From positions 27,342,001-27,406,000 of the forward strand of contig NC_082722.1 in assembly GCF_030144855.1 (NCBI RefSeq): a DNA stretch of 64,000 nucleotides, given 5' to 3'. This stretch comes from Hypanus sabinus. Lineage: Eukaryota. This document shows, piece after piece, positions 29,010 to 40,900 of this stretch; within the stretch, counting starts at the first letter, position 1, and each line of letters begins with the position of its first letter. The notes under the pieces were generated by a model. That model ran no database searches and had not been told where the DNA came from. It was given only the letters and a program-made list of their open reading frames with translations. The position numbers and the translations under genes were made by a program.

Positions 29010-29610
29010 GATGGAAATCTTGAAGAATGCAAAGAAAATACTGAAGGGATTCATCAGGTAAGGCAACATGCAACAAGGTAAATAATCCGTCGTTTCTTTC
29101 TGAAAGATACGCTTTATCCGGATCGGAAATGAGGTTGAATACGGAATATAAAGTTGTGAAGCGGGTGCGGGAAACGTAGGAAGATCAATAAACTGTCGAT
29201 TGCTTCTGGCAGAGACGCTTTATCGGGACCGGAAAACAGGGGTCAGAATCCGGAATATGAAAGGTGTGGAGGGGGTGAGGGGAAGGTGGCAGGTGACAGG
29301 TGAAACCAGGTGAGTGCGAAGGTATGTGGATGACTGGGGTGGGAATGACGTAAGAAGCTGGGAAGTGTCGGGAGGAAAAGGCAAACGGTGTATGAAGGAG
29401 TCGGAGACGTGAGGACAGTGGACTCTGCAAAATGGAAGAAGGAGGAGCACGTGGGTGGAGGGCAGCCTGATGGGCAGATGACGAGAAGAGAAAAGGTGAA
29501 ACGGAGAATGGAAAATAAAGAGAGAATGGGATGATGCAGAAATTCCCAAAAGTTAGAAAAATTGACATTTATGCCTTCAGGTTGGAGTCTCCACAGACGG
29601 AAGAAAATAC
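29010..29610 (-). mobile_element. Penelope-like 3' tail fragment
   Basis: QPEGINVNFSNF C-terminal motif followed by a pyrimidine-rich tail on the minus strand. Confidence 0.6.
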
Positions 29611-29898
29611 CCTGGTACCAGAACGTTAAGTTGTTCCACTGAAAGACGATTAGCTATGAGTCACTTTATATTTAGTTACAGTGTCAATGGTGTACTCAAA
29701 TTTGTAAAATTAACCTCCTCTTGGATGATGATTATATATAGAAATATAAACACTCTGGGGTACTCCGGTTTCCTGCAATGACTTGCAGGTTAGAATGTTA
29801 ATTGGTCACTTGGGTGTGACTGAGCGGCACGGGACAGTTGTACCGGAAGGGCCGGTTACCGTGATATATCTCTAATGCAAATCTATATCACATTCACG

Positions 29899-30027
29899 CT
29901 AATTTCTCTGCTTTACCTGGGAATAGATAACGCGCTCCTCATGTTGTCGATCTTTGCGAAATAGATTGTTCTCCCTATGGTTTCGTGAAGCATAGGCAGT
30001 GGTGTGCTCAACCGGTGCTTGTTCAGC
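29899..30027 (-). CDS. Gene B exon 6: terminal cytoplasmic exon with ITIM VIYSQV
   Basis: Strong acceptor atttttctatcag|; phase-0 frame AEQAPVEHTTAYASRNHRENNLFRKDRQHEERVIYSQVKQRN*. ITIM at 29914-29931 matches (I/V/L/S)xYxx(L/V). Confidence 0.7.
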   Translation of the reverse strand, partial: AEQAPVEHTTAYASRNHRENNLFRKDRQHEERVIYSQVKQRN

Positions 30028-33000
30028 CTGATAGAAAAATATATATTAAATACAACTAACTGTTACAGAGCTCAGTTATCATAAAGAAAATTAGATTTGC
30101 CAAATCTAAACACCAAGGATAAAAAAATTGTTGGAATAACATTTTGTCCACGCACAATTATACCGTCTATATATCATACATGAGGTGGGATCGCGACCGA
30201 TCGCGACCGTGTTGGAAGTCGCTATGTTTAGACTTTCAAATCACCGCTTATAACAGTCCTAGGAATAGGATGGGGTTCTCAGTTTTGGCCATCTCTGTTT
30301 TTTCGTCTCCTAAATCCTAACTCTTACATCGCTCAAAATTCTGTGCATGGGCACAGGTCCATGTTCAATCTTATACGCATGCGTCGAATTATGGTAATGA
30401 TTGCCCTGATCAAAACTCGTCCCTGCGATGCAAACTGAAACTGTGACCCTTACCTCTCACATTATTCAAGTTGCGAATATTGGAGCAAATGACAAGTCCC
30501 GATGCTAAGTCTCGCTTAACTCTAGCCGGAAACAGTGAAGCGGCATTCTGGGCCTCTGTTGATTTAATTGATTTTGCTGGTAAATTACTTAAATTACGAT
30601 CGAAGTAGGGAGAACCAATGAAAGTAGTTGTTACAATAAGTGATGAAAATGGCATTTGTTTTTCTGAAATAATGGCATAGCATTCCAGAGTAAGAAGTAT
30701 TAGTAAAAGTTCGTCATCTTCCACTTAGATATTATTCGAAGCAGTAGCCCTACATTTCCGGAAGAGTTACGAACACTGGTAGAAGTTTTATCGGAATTCT
30801 ACCATAATGAAATCAATGATGGATGTATGACAACCTTATCTTAGTTGCAGCAGTCGCTCCTTTTGCACCTAAAGTCGTTAGATGAAATTAAAGCAAAATA
30901 CATTAAAATGGGAAATGTGATTAATGAAACAAGAAGACAAAGGTTATCATTAGAATGAATCCAGGTTAAAAAAAAATAATAACATTGAAGTGCTAGAATC
31001 ATGAAATAAAACAGAGAAATAGAACACACAAAAATTTTAGTAGATCTGGAAACACCTGTTAAAGGGAAAATGTCAATGTTCACATTGCAATCTGCGGAAG
31101 GTTCTTTAATCTGGAATGTCAACTGGCTCTCTTTCCAAAATTGGTCAGTAGCTGCATATTATTTTTTGGTTTTAATCCAAATAGGAGACGACAATACTTT
31201 TATCCGTTTTAGGCTTTGCTTCCCCCAATAGGATAATAGTCATTCAGCGTTGCATCGTGGACTAGAAGGTGCCATCTGGAGTTTTGCTTAACACATGGTT
31301 ATCATTGTTCACCACATACTGCAAGGTTTTATTGCAAGTATATTAGATTATATTGCAGGTTAGGCACCGCTGTGTGGATCTTGGTTGCGGATCGGGCTTA
31401 CAACTGCATTGAATATTGCAAAAACCATTTCAACATAACATGATTTAGTTACATTTTTACCTTGATTACTGTCTGTTAGATCAAATGTAACACACATTAC
31501 GAATTGATACGTGCACATACTATACTTTCCCATTGTACAGTCCAACGCGATTCTCGTAAGTTAGCATTTAGTAGTCTCTCACAGTCTCAGATGCGTGTTG
31601 AATTATTCGTCAAAACAACTGACTTTCCAATGGTAAATATTACCGTTCCTCTTCCAATTCAACCGGCTATGAACTGATGTAGAACCTTGAAAGGATACAG
31701 CAAGCTGGTGCAATGGGAACATTCAAAATAAATTTTGGATATATAGTTGAAAATAAATATTTGACGGGGAAATAGTTTAATTTTCCCTACTACGCTCCAA
31801 AGTGTTATGGAATAACATAGATTCATAATATCTTTACTATGCGAATGCCCCGCTCTGAAACAAGACCGATTGCTTTACCTACCGGGTCCTCATTCTGACA
31901 TCCGTCCAAAGAATTTGTGTTACCCCCTTCAGAACAGAAAGCAAAAATAAATGATTGACATTGTGAACATTGTACATTATTAATTTGATACCATTCGAAT
32001 TAAGCGTGCAAGTGGAACCGCTGAAGTTACGGATCTTTCAGAAAATATTTGTTGGTAACAGTTGTGCTAATATATTGTGTTCTGCATTAACCTGGTGCTA
32101 TGCTGAAAAGGCTTTGACTTTCAACGAGGCTGTAAAGTGATAATAGCAATACAGCTACGGTCCCGTATTTAAGTATGGCAACCAAGATGGAAATTAAAAC
32201 CAATGAGGCGTACATAAGTTGGTCAATGTACTTTACACATTCAGAGGGAGTTTAGATCTACGCCAAGTCGTTTATGTTTCAAAATAAGGATCTGCTATTG
32301 TGTTAAAGAAGATACTGAATTACTCCAAAGTGATGTAACAGCATTCGGAATTGAGGTATGAAATACTTCCAGTGGACTGGTGAAATAGCTGAACTTTATC
32401 ATCAAGTGTACATTTTACCAAAATATTATCACTGAAATCTGGCTTCGAAAATCGCGATCCATGCTCAATCATTCTGTGAATGTCATTTACTGATTTTCAG
32501 TAAAATGTCATTAACACTTCTATTTTGTACGAATAGAGGTGAAGTTTCTCAGCGATCAGTGTTCTTACCGTGCGATCCTTTTAACTTGAATATCAGCAAA
32601 AGAATTATCACAATTAAAATTAAATTTGATGATGCGCCCACTGCATATGCGAGAATCAATCTGGTATCAGCGCCTTGAAAAAGAAACCAGGAAGCATTTA
32701 TACATCTAAAAACAAACCCACAAATGGGAAGCATCATTGCAAACTATTATAAAGGGTCCTTTCAAATCACACTACACACTGATAGGAAATTGTCAGAATG
32801 TACGGTATTGAACAAAAAAATCTGGTTTTTAATTTCTCCAGACACATATGAGCTCCTGACTATGACTAAGAATAGGCTCGGCTGATTTTTCCTATACTTC
32901 GCTGGACAATAGATATCAGCACAACAATTGAACGTGTAATCATCTAACCTAATACAATTCTGATGTCGATTCAATCTTTTAATTTACGTCTGTCAAAGAC

Positions 33001-36000
33001 ATTCTTTAGTACGAGCAAAACCATATAGATAACTTGCAGACACGCCAAAGGAGTCCCGGTGCCACAAAATTTCTCTTCTGCGTTACATGCTGAAATTACT
33101 CCATAACTTCATGAGTTTATAACACTGTACCCTCTAAGTCTCCTGAATGTGTATCGAGCATATTAAACGTATTTACCACATGTTATATTTTCCACAGCTT
33201 TACGAGTGACAAACCCGAATTAATGGAAAACTGCATAATGAAAACATACATAAACACGAGTCATCCATTTGAACTGTGTTGCCCACAATTATTGGAAATT
33301 AATACAGTCAGAGACTGAATTATGTCAAAGTCTGCTCACAGTTTCGCACCCTATGCATTCGTTCCAGGTGGCAAATAAGTGTCATGCCACAGTGTTCAGT
33401 AATTCCGACCTTGATTCTGATTTTGCCCCATGTCCACATTTTTCCTGTAAAACTATTTTGCTTTAATACATCTTCACTCACAACCCGATGGTTCCCCCCT
33501 TTGTTATATCACTATGCGATTTAGAGCTTAAGTTTTGCTTTATCTAATGTTTGATAAATGTCCGGAAGTTTGTTACGTTACACTTGCTACAAAAAAATCT
33601 ATTTCTTAATTCAACCTACACGATTCAAAGTGAGGGTATAAGACACTTGTTTCGAAACACCACTCACAGTGAACGTTCACTGCAATCAGGTAATCTGAAA
33701 AATTCGTCCTACTTCCCTGTTTAGCTAACTGATCTGTGATCGTTCTTAACCAGATTTGATCGGCATACTTATATCATTTGGATATGATTCCATCTTCCCT
33801 GGAGCGCTAGAAATTCAGAACATGTTGAATATTCAGAGTAACACACAAAATGCGGAAGGTACGCAGCAGATCAGTAGAGAAATACAATAACGAAGTTTCG
33901 GTCCGAGACCTTATATCTGGACGCAATCAAGACACCATCTTACCTTGCTCCAGGATGTAGCTGAAACAGGCAGGTACCGTTAGGGAGACATGCGACACCA
34001 GGCAGATGTAAGCATCTTTTCCCGAAGCAGAATGATTAATTTCCAATGAACTGTAAGCCTTGTATAAACCCTCCGCGGTCTGGTTTATCACTGTTACTAT
34101 TCCAGTGCGAATTTCCTGGTTATTTTTTTGCCAGATGAATTCTAATTCTTTCGGGTAGAAGGCAGCCGTTTTACAGAGGAGCTGCCGATGAGACGGAAAC
34201 TCTCCAGTCGGAACGATTTCCAATGGGGTTGGGGGAACTTGAATAAAAAGATAGTTACATTGGTTGTTTACCATTTATTTAGATAAAGTAAGTTCCTTTA
34301 TCTTCCCGCCAATTACAATGCAATCTCACTATCAAATTATTTACCCGCCATTGGCTACCAGAATTTTATAAATTATTTTGTTTAAGTTCAAGTTCAAAGC
34401 TTTTAAACCAGACAGATGTACATGGCTAAATTAAACAACCTTCTTCTGCGGTCAACTGCAAAATACAGTCCATGTATTCCCACACAGCATGTGCAGTCAC
34501 CATCAATCACATGCAGTGCAAAATAAACAAAGTAAAATCGAGTCACAGTGCAGAAACAGCTGAAAGTAAGAATTCGAAGCAGACACCGAGAAGGTGAATC
34601 AAAGGGGTACAGTGTGCGGAAGACATCCCGTTTTGAATAGTCTTTCAGCTTTATAACCAAGGACGGTGTTTGCGGCAGCACTTTGGCTTTGGAAAATGTT
34701 CCCTTCTTTGTTTATTTTCATTCCAATCAAAACTGAACTACAAAACTCAAAATATCACAGAGTTCTACAGCCGGAACGCAGTAAGTTCGTGTACATGTTT
34801 TTTAATATTCTGGTAACTCATTTGTTCAGGTAGTTTTTCAGAACTTGCGTTGGAGCTTTCCAGTCATCAACATTCACAGACCGAGCTTCCCTCGGAATGC
34901 AAATCATTGCTGGAAAAGTTTTTCAGTATTTAATGTGTTGAATGCGGCAAATTGTACCCTCCGTGAAACATCTAGGAACGCAAATGCGAAACTGATATTA
35001 AACGCAAATATTCTACGTTTTAATTCTTTCATAAACCTGTCTGTCTGCGACAAAATGGTTCGATCGTGACCTGGCACTGCTATACGAACGATGATGCCCT
35101 GCAGAGAGGCAACCCAGGAGCTGAACGAACTCCGCTTCTCTCTAAAGCGATTTCACTCAAAGGTGAGCACAAAATTCACGATATTACAAACATGGACTGC
35201 CTCCGCTACAACTATGGTCCGTATGTAACTTAGGAAACTCTATTGTCAGATTGTTTTATCAATGTGTCACAACATTTAGCTTTTCGCTCAGCCTACAATG
35301 GCCGTCCTGAGCTCACGGTTGCCCGCCCAGCACTGCCATGGACCATGTACGGATTACAGATGTTTACGTGCTTGTTGCTGTATGGGAAACTTGTTTGTAT
35401 AGGTCCCCAGGGCCCAATATGGAGTCCCGTGCAACCTTTTTGGGAGGGTTGTGCAGAATTTTGAGGTGCCCTGATGGAGGCATTCAAAACGTCCTGACCT
35501 TCTGGTGAGGTGCCGGAGGACTGGATATGACTAATGTTTTGTACTTATTCAAGAAAGGCTCTAAGAGTATACCGGAATTTTTTAAGCTGGTAAGCCTGAC
35601 GCCTGTAAAGCCTAACTTACTTGAAATGGATTGGTGAGCGATGGGGAATGCACGACTGTTGGGAATGAACGTAGCAGATTTCGTGCGTGCTATGAGTGAC
35701 TTTATTTCTTCTCCAAACTGGCCACTTTTGTTCTTACCTCTGCCTTTGTTGGTCAATTTTGTATTAACGCAAAATGAGGCAGTGAATCTGCATATCTATG
35801 CTCGTTTCTAAGGGATAGGCATTGTGGAGCAACACGCTGATCAAGCTGTGTATCTCTCTGTGCAGTTTTTACGCACACGTCCCATATTTGACATTAATGA
35901 AGTGGCTTTGCTTGCTTTGCCGATGTTTATTAACTATGTATAAATATTTATAGCTGTGCACTTCAGAAACTATCGGATCGAAATCGGCGTAATACTTCGA

Positions 36001-37984
36001 GATGAGGTAGTATAAAAGCAGGCTGAGGAACGGGATGGTAGCATTTAATCTTACAACGTTTCGCTTAAAGTTAAATGGCTTGTGATTTGCCCTTCAGCCG
36101 AATTTGTCTACAGTTCCCTATCTCTCATTATCTAACCCGAATCAAGTTCTTCGTCTAAAAATTACGTGGTTCTGTACATCTGTTTTTATAAGCTTTTGAT
36201 TGTTTTTAAGTTGTTGGACAGCAAATGTCACGCCACATTTTAAAATGGGTGTAGGAAAAAGATTGACATATACAGGCTAGTTAGCTCAACGTCTGTAGTC
36301 GGGAAAATGCTTAAAGCTGTCCCTAAAGGAGAAATAGCGAAAGATTTAAAAAGGAATGTTTCCATTAGATAGGCGCAGCATGGATTCAGAAAGTCCAGGT
36401 CCTATTTGAGAAGCTTTCTGGTGTTTCTTGAGGACATAATGAATGCAGTGGATGGAGGGGAACACGTGGCTGGCGTATGCCTGGATTTCCAGAAGGCGTT
36501 CGATGAGGTGCCACATAAGAGAATTATAAATTAGATATGGATGCATGAAGTCGGAGGAAGTGCATAGGCATGGATAGAAAAATGATTATCCAGCAAAAGG
36601 CAGAGTGTTGGTATAAATGGGCGATTCTCCGTTTGGCTGTCAGTGGTGAGTGGGGTGCTGCAGGGGTTAGTGCAGGGCCCGCAGTTGTTTACCATTGGCA
36701 TTTATCATTTGGAATAGGGAACTGAGCGTAGCGTAGCAATTTTTGCTGTTAACAGTAAACTGAAAGGAAAATAAAATTGTATGGAGGATGTGGACGGTCT
36801 TCAGAGGGATATAGATAATGTGAGTGGGACAAGGTCTGGCAGATGGAATATAATGTTGGTAAATGCTAGATCATCTACTTTCTAAGGAATAATAGAAGAG
36901 CTGAATATTATTTAAATTGTGAAAGATTGCAGCATGATGTTGTGCACAAGGAATTAGGGGTGTTTGTGCTTGGCTTGCAGGTGCAAAAGGTTATTAACAA
37001 GGCGAATAGAATCGTGGCTTTCATTGTTGGAGGGATTGAATTCAAGAGCTGGGAGGTCATGCTGCAACCGTACAGGGTTCTGGTGACTGCACCTGGAGTA
37101 CTGTGTGCATTTCTGGTCACCGTACTTCAGGAAGGATATATTGTCTTTGGATGAAGTTCAGAGGAGGTTCACCAGGCATTGTGTAGGAATATAGTCATAA
37201 CAAATATAAGGTTGGAAATATCATCGGAACAAATAATAAGTGGAGCAAAAGTCAATCTGCAGAATCACATCGAAATAATCAACATAATAATCTGAAGAAT
37301 ATTTCGAAATATTTTGAAAGCTGGAATGCAAATTAATGGCACAAATTTTCAAAGAGCAATAACATTTCCGCAATCTTGGCTTTTCTTCAAATGCAAAGAG
37401 CTGAAAGTTTTCCACTTACAGGAATAAAGACACTTACTTAACACAATAAGCTGAGAGCCACTTCCATATCCCAATATTTGTTGTTTAGTTTTCACTTGAC
37501 AGTAATACACGCCTGCGTCTGCGTATGTCACATTCAGGAGGGTGAATGTAGCCCTGCCTTTCTTTACATTGAACTGATTTCTGCTGTCTGGTTCTATAAA
37601 TGTTTCCTGACCCTCCTTCCGCCACGAAACTTCAGCAGTATCTTGTAGTATTGGAAATTTGCAGAACATGGATTCACTTCCACCGATTGAGGCATTTAAG
37701 GTAGCCGGGAATTGTTCCACTTTGGCCGATGTTCCTTCTGAGGCTGATAAAACACAAGAGAGATTGCTGAAAACAGTTGCATTCACTGGACAACGAATCA
37801 ACAGACAAAATAGGCAGAACACTGGTATGCGAATTGGAGGTTTACTATGGCTAAATTTGCTGCGGGTAAATGATGTATAATATTGTAAAATATCTGTTTC
37901 TTAAACTGGGCACAAAAATCTATGCATACCTGGCCAAAACGCGGGGAGCAGAGCCACGAACCAAACGGTTGCATCCAGCGACAT
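29899..37984 (-). CDS. Gene B: multi-exon Ig-superfamily receptor, leader-V(J)-C1-TM-cytoplasmic ITIM (SIRP-like / non-rearranging antigen-receptor-like architecture), 334 aa predicted
   Basis: Six exons: 37984-37930, 37743-37438, 34237-33944, 32673-32569, 30576-30461, 30027-29899. They sum to 1005 nt and form one open frame with GT-AG introns and phases 1,1,1,1,0. The first four exons are strongly supported; the two tail exons are moderately supported. Confidence 0.8.
30461..30576 (-). CDS. Gene B exon 5: cytoplasmic exon (AKSIK...LVICSNIRNLNN)
   Basis: Acceptor tttaccag|; only the phase-1 frame is open; a phase-0 donor AAT|gtgaga links it to the terminal exon. An alternative phase-1 donor lies at 30454. 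Confidence 0.55.
32569..32673 (-). CDS. Gene B exon 4: transmembrane segment
   Basis: GADTRLILAYAVGASSNLILIVIILLLIFKLKGSH: hydrophobic stretch followed by basic stop-transfer residues. Acceptor tttcttttcaag|, donor |gtaaga, 105 bp, phase 1-1. Confidence 0.85.
33944..34237 (-). CDS. Gene B exon 3: C1-set Ig domain
   Basis: C1 motifs LLCKTAAFYPKELEFIW and YICLVSHVSL. 294 bp, acceptor ttcaag|, donor |gtaaga, phase 1-1. Confidence 0.92.
36250..37190 (+). mobile_element. Decayed CR1 RT fragment in the V-C1 intron of gene B
   Basis: LDFQKAFDEVPHK and GIEFKSWEVMLQPYRVLV motifs. Confidence 0.8.
37438..37743 (-). CDS. Gene B exon 2: V-type Ig domain with in-exon J-like G strand
   Basis: KVEQFPATLNASIGG..MFC..VSW..DAGVYYC..GYGSGSQLIVL. 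306 bp, acceptor ttatcag|, donor |gtaagt, phase 1-1. No RSS heptamer between YYC and GxG. Confidence 0.93.
37930..37984 (-). CDS. Gene B exon 1: signal peptide MSLDATVWFVALLPAFWP(A)
   Basis: ATG at 37984, hydrophobic core, phase-1 donor CCAG|GTATGC, 186-bp intron to the V exon, in frame with it. Confidence 0.75.
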
Positions 37985-40900
37985 TGCAAAGGAGAGTGGT
38001 CAGTCTAAAAGATAGAATTTCATAGGATGTATTCATTAAGTGCACATTATATATGAAGTCAATGGTCAAGGCTGCATCAAGTCCTTACGTAAAAGAAATG
38101 CTGTAGATACAGGCGATCCCGTGGAATACATACAACGAGAGAGCGGAGCTCAACATCAATGATGAAAAATAAACAGTCGATGTTTCTGGGTGAGATACCT
38201 CTTCAGAACTGGAAGGGAGGGGTAAGAAGTCACAATAAGGAGATAGGGGAGGGACAGGCCTATAACCTGGAAGGTGATGTGGGGGAGGGTTCTTACATAG
38301 ATGGCACTTGATAGGTGCATTTATATTCCATCTCGATAGCCTCCAACCTGCTGATATGAACATAGAATGTTCTAACTTTTAGTAATTTCTCCGGTACACC
38401 TTTCATCGTTTTCTATTTTCCATTCTCGGTCCCATTTTATCCCTTCTCCTCTCCTCATCTCGCTTATCTGCTGCTCCTCGTTCACTTTCTCCAATGGCCC
38501 AATGCCCTCTCCAGTCAGATTCCTTCTCATTAAGTCCCTTACTACTTGAAGTTAATAGCTCATCGGGGTGATTGATAAGTTCCAGGTCTAAGGTAGAAGG
38601 AGATGAGTTATTTTCAAATCAACACTCTCTTGGTGCACTGTCAAATCGCCTACTACTACTTGTGTAATGTAACTGCTTCGAAAACTCATTAAAATTTTCC
38701 TCTCTTATTTCAAGGCATTACCCTCTGTTAACTTCCGCTAAAATGCATGAGTGGTATCGGTAAAGAGAATGGCAAGGCCAACAGGATTAGAGAATCCCGG
38801 TTCATGAGGACATCGAGGACTGTTTTAGAGAAAGGACACCTGCGTCATCTATAGGAAACGGGTTCAAGCAATTCCCGACGGAAATATAAGATGTACTTCA
38901 GTAGACCAGACGGGAATCATGAGAGCACAAAGGTAACATGATACAACTTCTGAATAGAAAACAAAAGGAAATAAGGAAATACCGACCGAGCAATCGCTAT
39001 GACAGAGCTGAAAGTTATTATTTCCCATTACTGTGGTGAAAATCATGGAAACTAAGGGATTAAAGAGAATTAATATTATTTGTTAACAGAAACAAATGAG
39101 AAAATTTGAGGCGTCCCGGGGACGAAGTGTTCACGGTTTAAGAACACAGATCGTTTGATGAACTTACGGCACCTGATCAAATGTATCTTTTGACATTGTG
39201 AGAAGCTAGAGGAGAAATTGTAAGCTCTGTTGCAAATATATCAGCATCGTCTTTATTGGATATTGCGTTACCATAGCCTTGTAGAATGGTAAATGTGCAT
39301 TTACTTAAGAAGATCTGCAAGGGCAAGAGGAGAGATGAAGGTGGCGACTTGGAAACATACTGGATTTGATTGGAGGGAGAAAAATTATCACAATTTGAAA
39401 TGTGAAAGGTTGAAAAAGTGCCGGTTAGCATGGATTTGTCATTTGGGATCACAAATGTGATTGAGTTGCTTTGATGAACTGATGAATAAAATTGCAGAGT
39501 GCAGCAATTGGACAATAACTTCAATACCTTTTGCAATGTCCCGTTCGGCAGGATTGCACATAAAACTCGTTGACATTCGAACCGGTGTGAGCCAGACACG
39601 TGCGCACAAGAATACAAAATTGGTTTAGTAGAGGGAGTCAAACGGTAATAGCGGGAATTTGATATTAAGAATGACCGCCTGCAGCTGGTGGTGTACTGAA
39701 CAGGTAGGATCCATTTTCAGTATTGTTTGTCATCTATGAAATATTCTGAATTATCTTCATTAATATATTTCGGAATCCAACGAAATTGTTGGTATATTAG
39801 ACAGTGAAAAACATCTACGGCGATAAACTGCGAACGCAGGACAAGAAATTGCAGTTAGAATAGCAGTCGGACATTTGCGAATGGTTGCATTTTGGTTAGT
39901 TAAAAAAGGGCAGAAATTGCACAGCAGATTGCCCACGGCATTGAAGTAAAACAAAGTGACTGAGGATACATGCAGATTGATCGTTGAACGTGACAATAGA
40001 GGTGGGCAGACTGGTGAAGAATGTGTTTGTTACATTTATTCACAATTGTAGCATCTGCGCCGTCATGTCCTGCTGTACAGGTCGTTGGTGAAGCATACTC
40101 ACTGTATTCTGTGGATTTCGGATCAGCCGGCTACAGAAAAGGCCCGACGAAGCTTGAAATAGTCCAGAAAAGATTCACAAATACATTTGCGGGACAGCAT
40201 GTTTGTACCTGTAGGGAACATCTTGGGTTACTCTTCCCTAGAGGTTAGGAGTTTGTGTGGTGACCTTATATATTTAGGGGCGTAAGTAGAGGTATGTTTA
40301 CAGTCTTTTACCCAAAATAGCTGCATCGATTCAAGATGAGAGAGAGAACATTTAAATGGATCTAAGACACGTTTCCCAAAGCAAGGGAGCTTGGTAACTG
40401 GAAGAGAGTATGGGATGAATCTATAGAAGTGGGTACGATTGAAATGTGTTACTAACATTTGGATTGGTACACAGATAGAAAAACGTTTACTGTGGTAAAT
40501 TACAAACACAAGAAAACGGGTATAGCTGGGATAGGTTTCTCGGTCTACATGCGCGAAATGGACCGAAGTCCTGGTGCAATGCCGTATGAAGCCATGGTTC
40601 CATCCACATGGTTGTGGGATGTGTTCCTTGGAATGCCGTGGATAGTAGGATGTTGTGAGAATGCTATAGGGTTATTGTGTGATTTACGTAGTCTTGCGAA
40701 TGTGTTCTGTGCATGTATAATTTATTCCCGATAAGTAGAAAAGCATTTTCCAATTGTGGCCTTATGTTAAGTTCACGTGAAGAAACAAGGACTGGAAACA
40801 ATTGTCCCAGCCATATAAAATTAATTTACAGGAAAAAAATAACCACCTGACTTTTGGTGCTGAGAGCAATATTCTCCTCCAGGTTAATAGGAGGGAATTA

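Noticed and set aside
30189-30208. Short tandem duplications (gatcgcgacc x2 here; also near 27853, and repeated cacctgcattcag near 52580-52650)
   Set aside because: Ordinary slippage-type duplications of two units; not a CRISPR array or recognisable regulatory element
30815-30871. Strong acceptor inside the gene B TM-tail intron
   Set aside because: The frame GAKGATAATKIRLSYIHH* has no phase-compatible donor or motif; unsupported without RNA data
33944-37984. Germline-joined Ig light chain or TCR chain
   Set aside because: Cartilaginous fish do have germline-joined IgL genes, but this gene continues into a TM exon and an ITIM-bearing tail, lacks the F/W-G-x-G J signature and a TM charged residue, and has an atypically short V domain
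38085-38160. Alternative leader exon for gene B ending at a gtaagg donor
   Set aside because: The hydrophobic frame ends in phase 2, the phase-1 frame is a poor signal peptide, and it overlaps a retroelement tail. The 37984-37930 exon fits much better.
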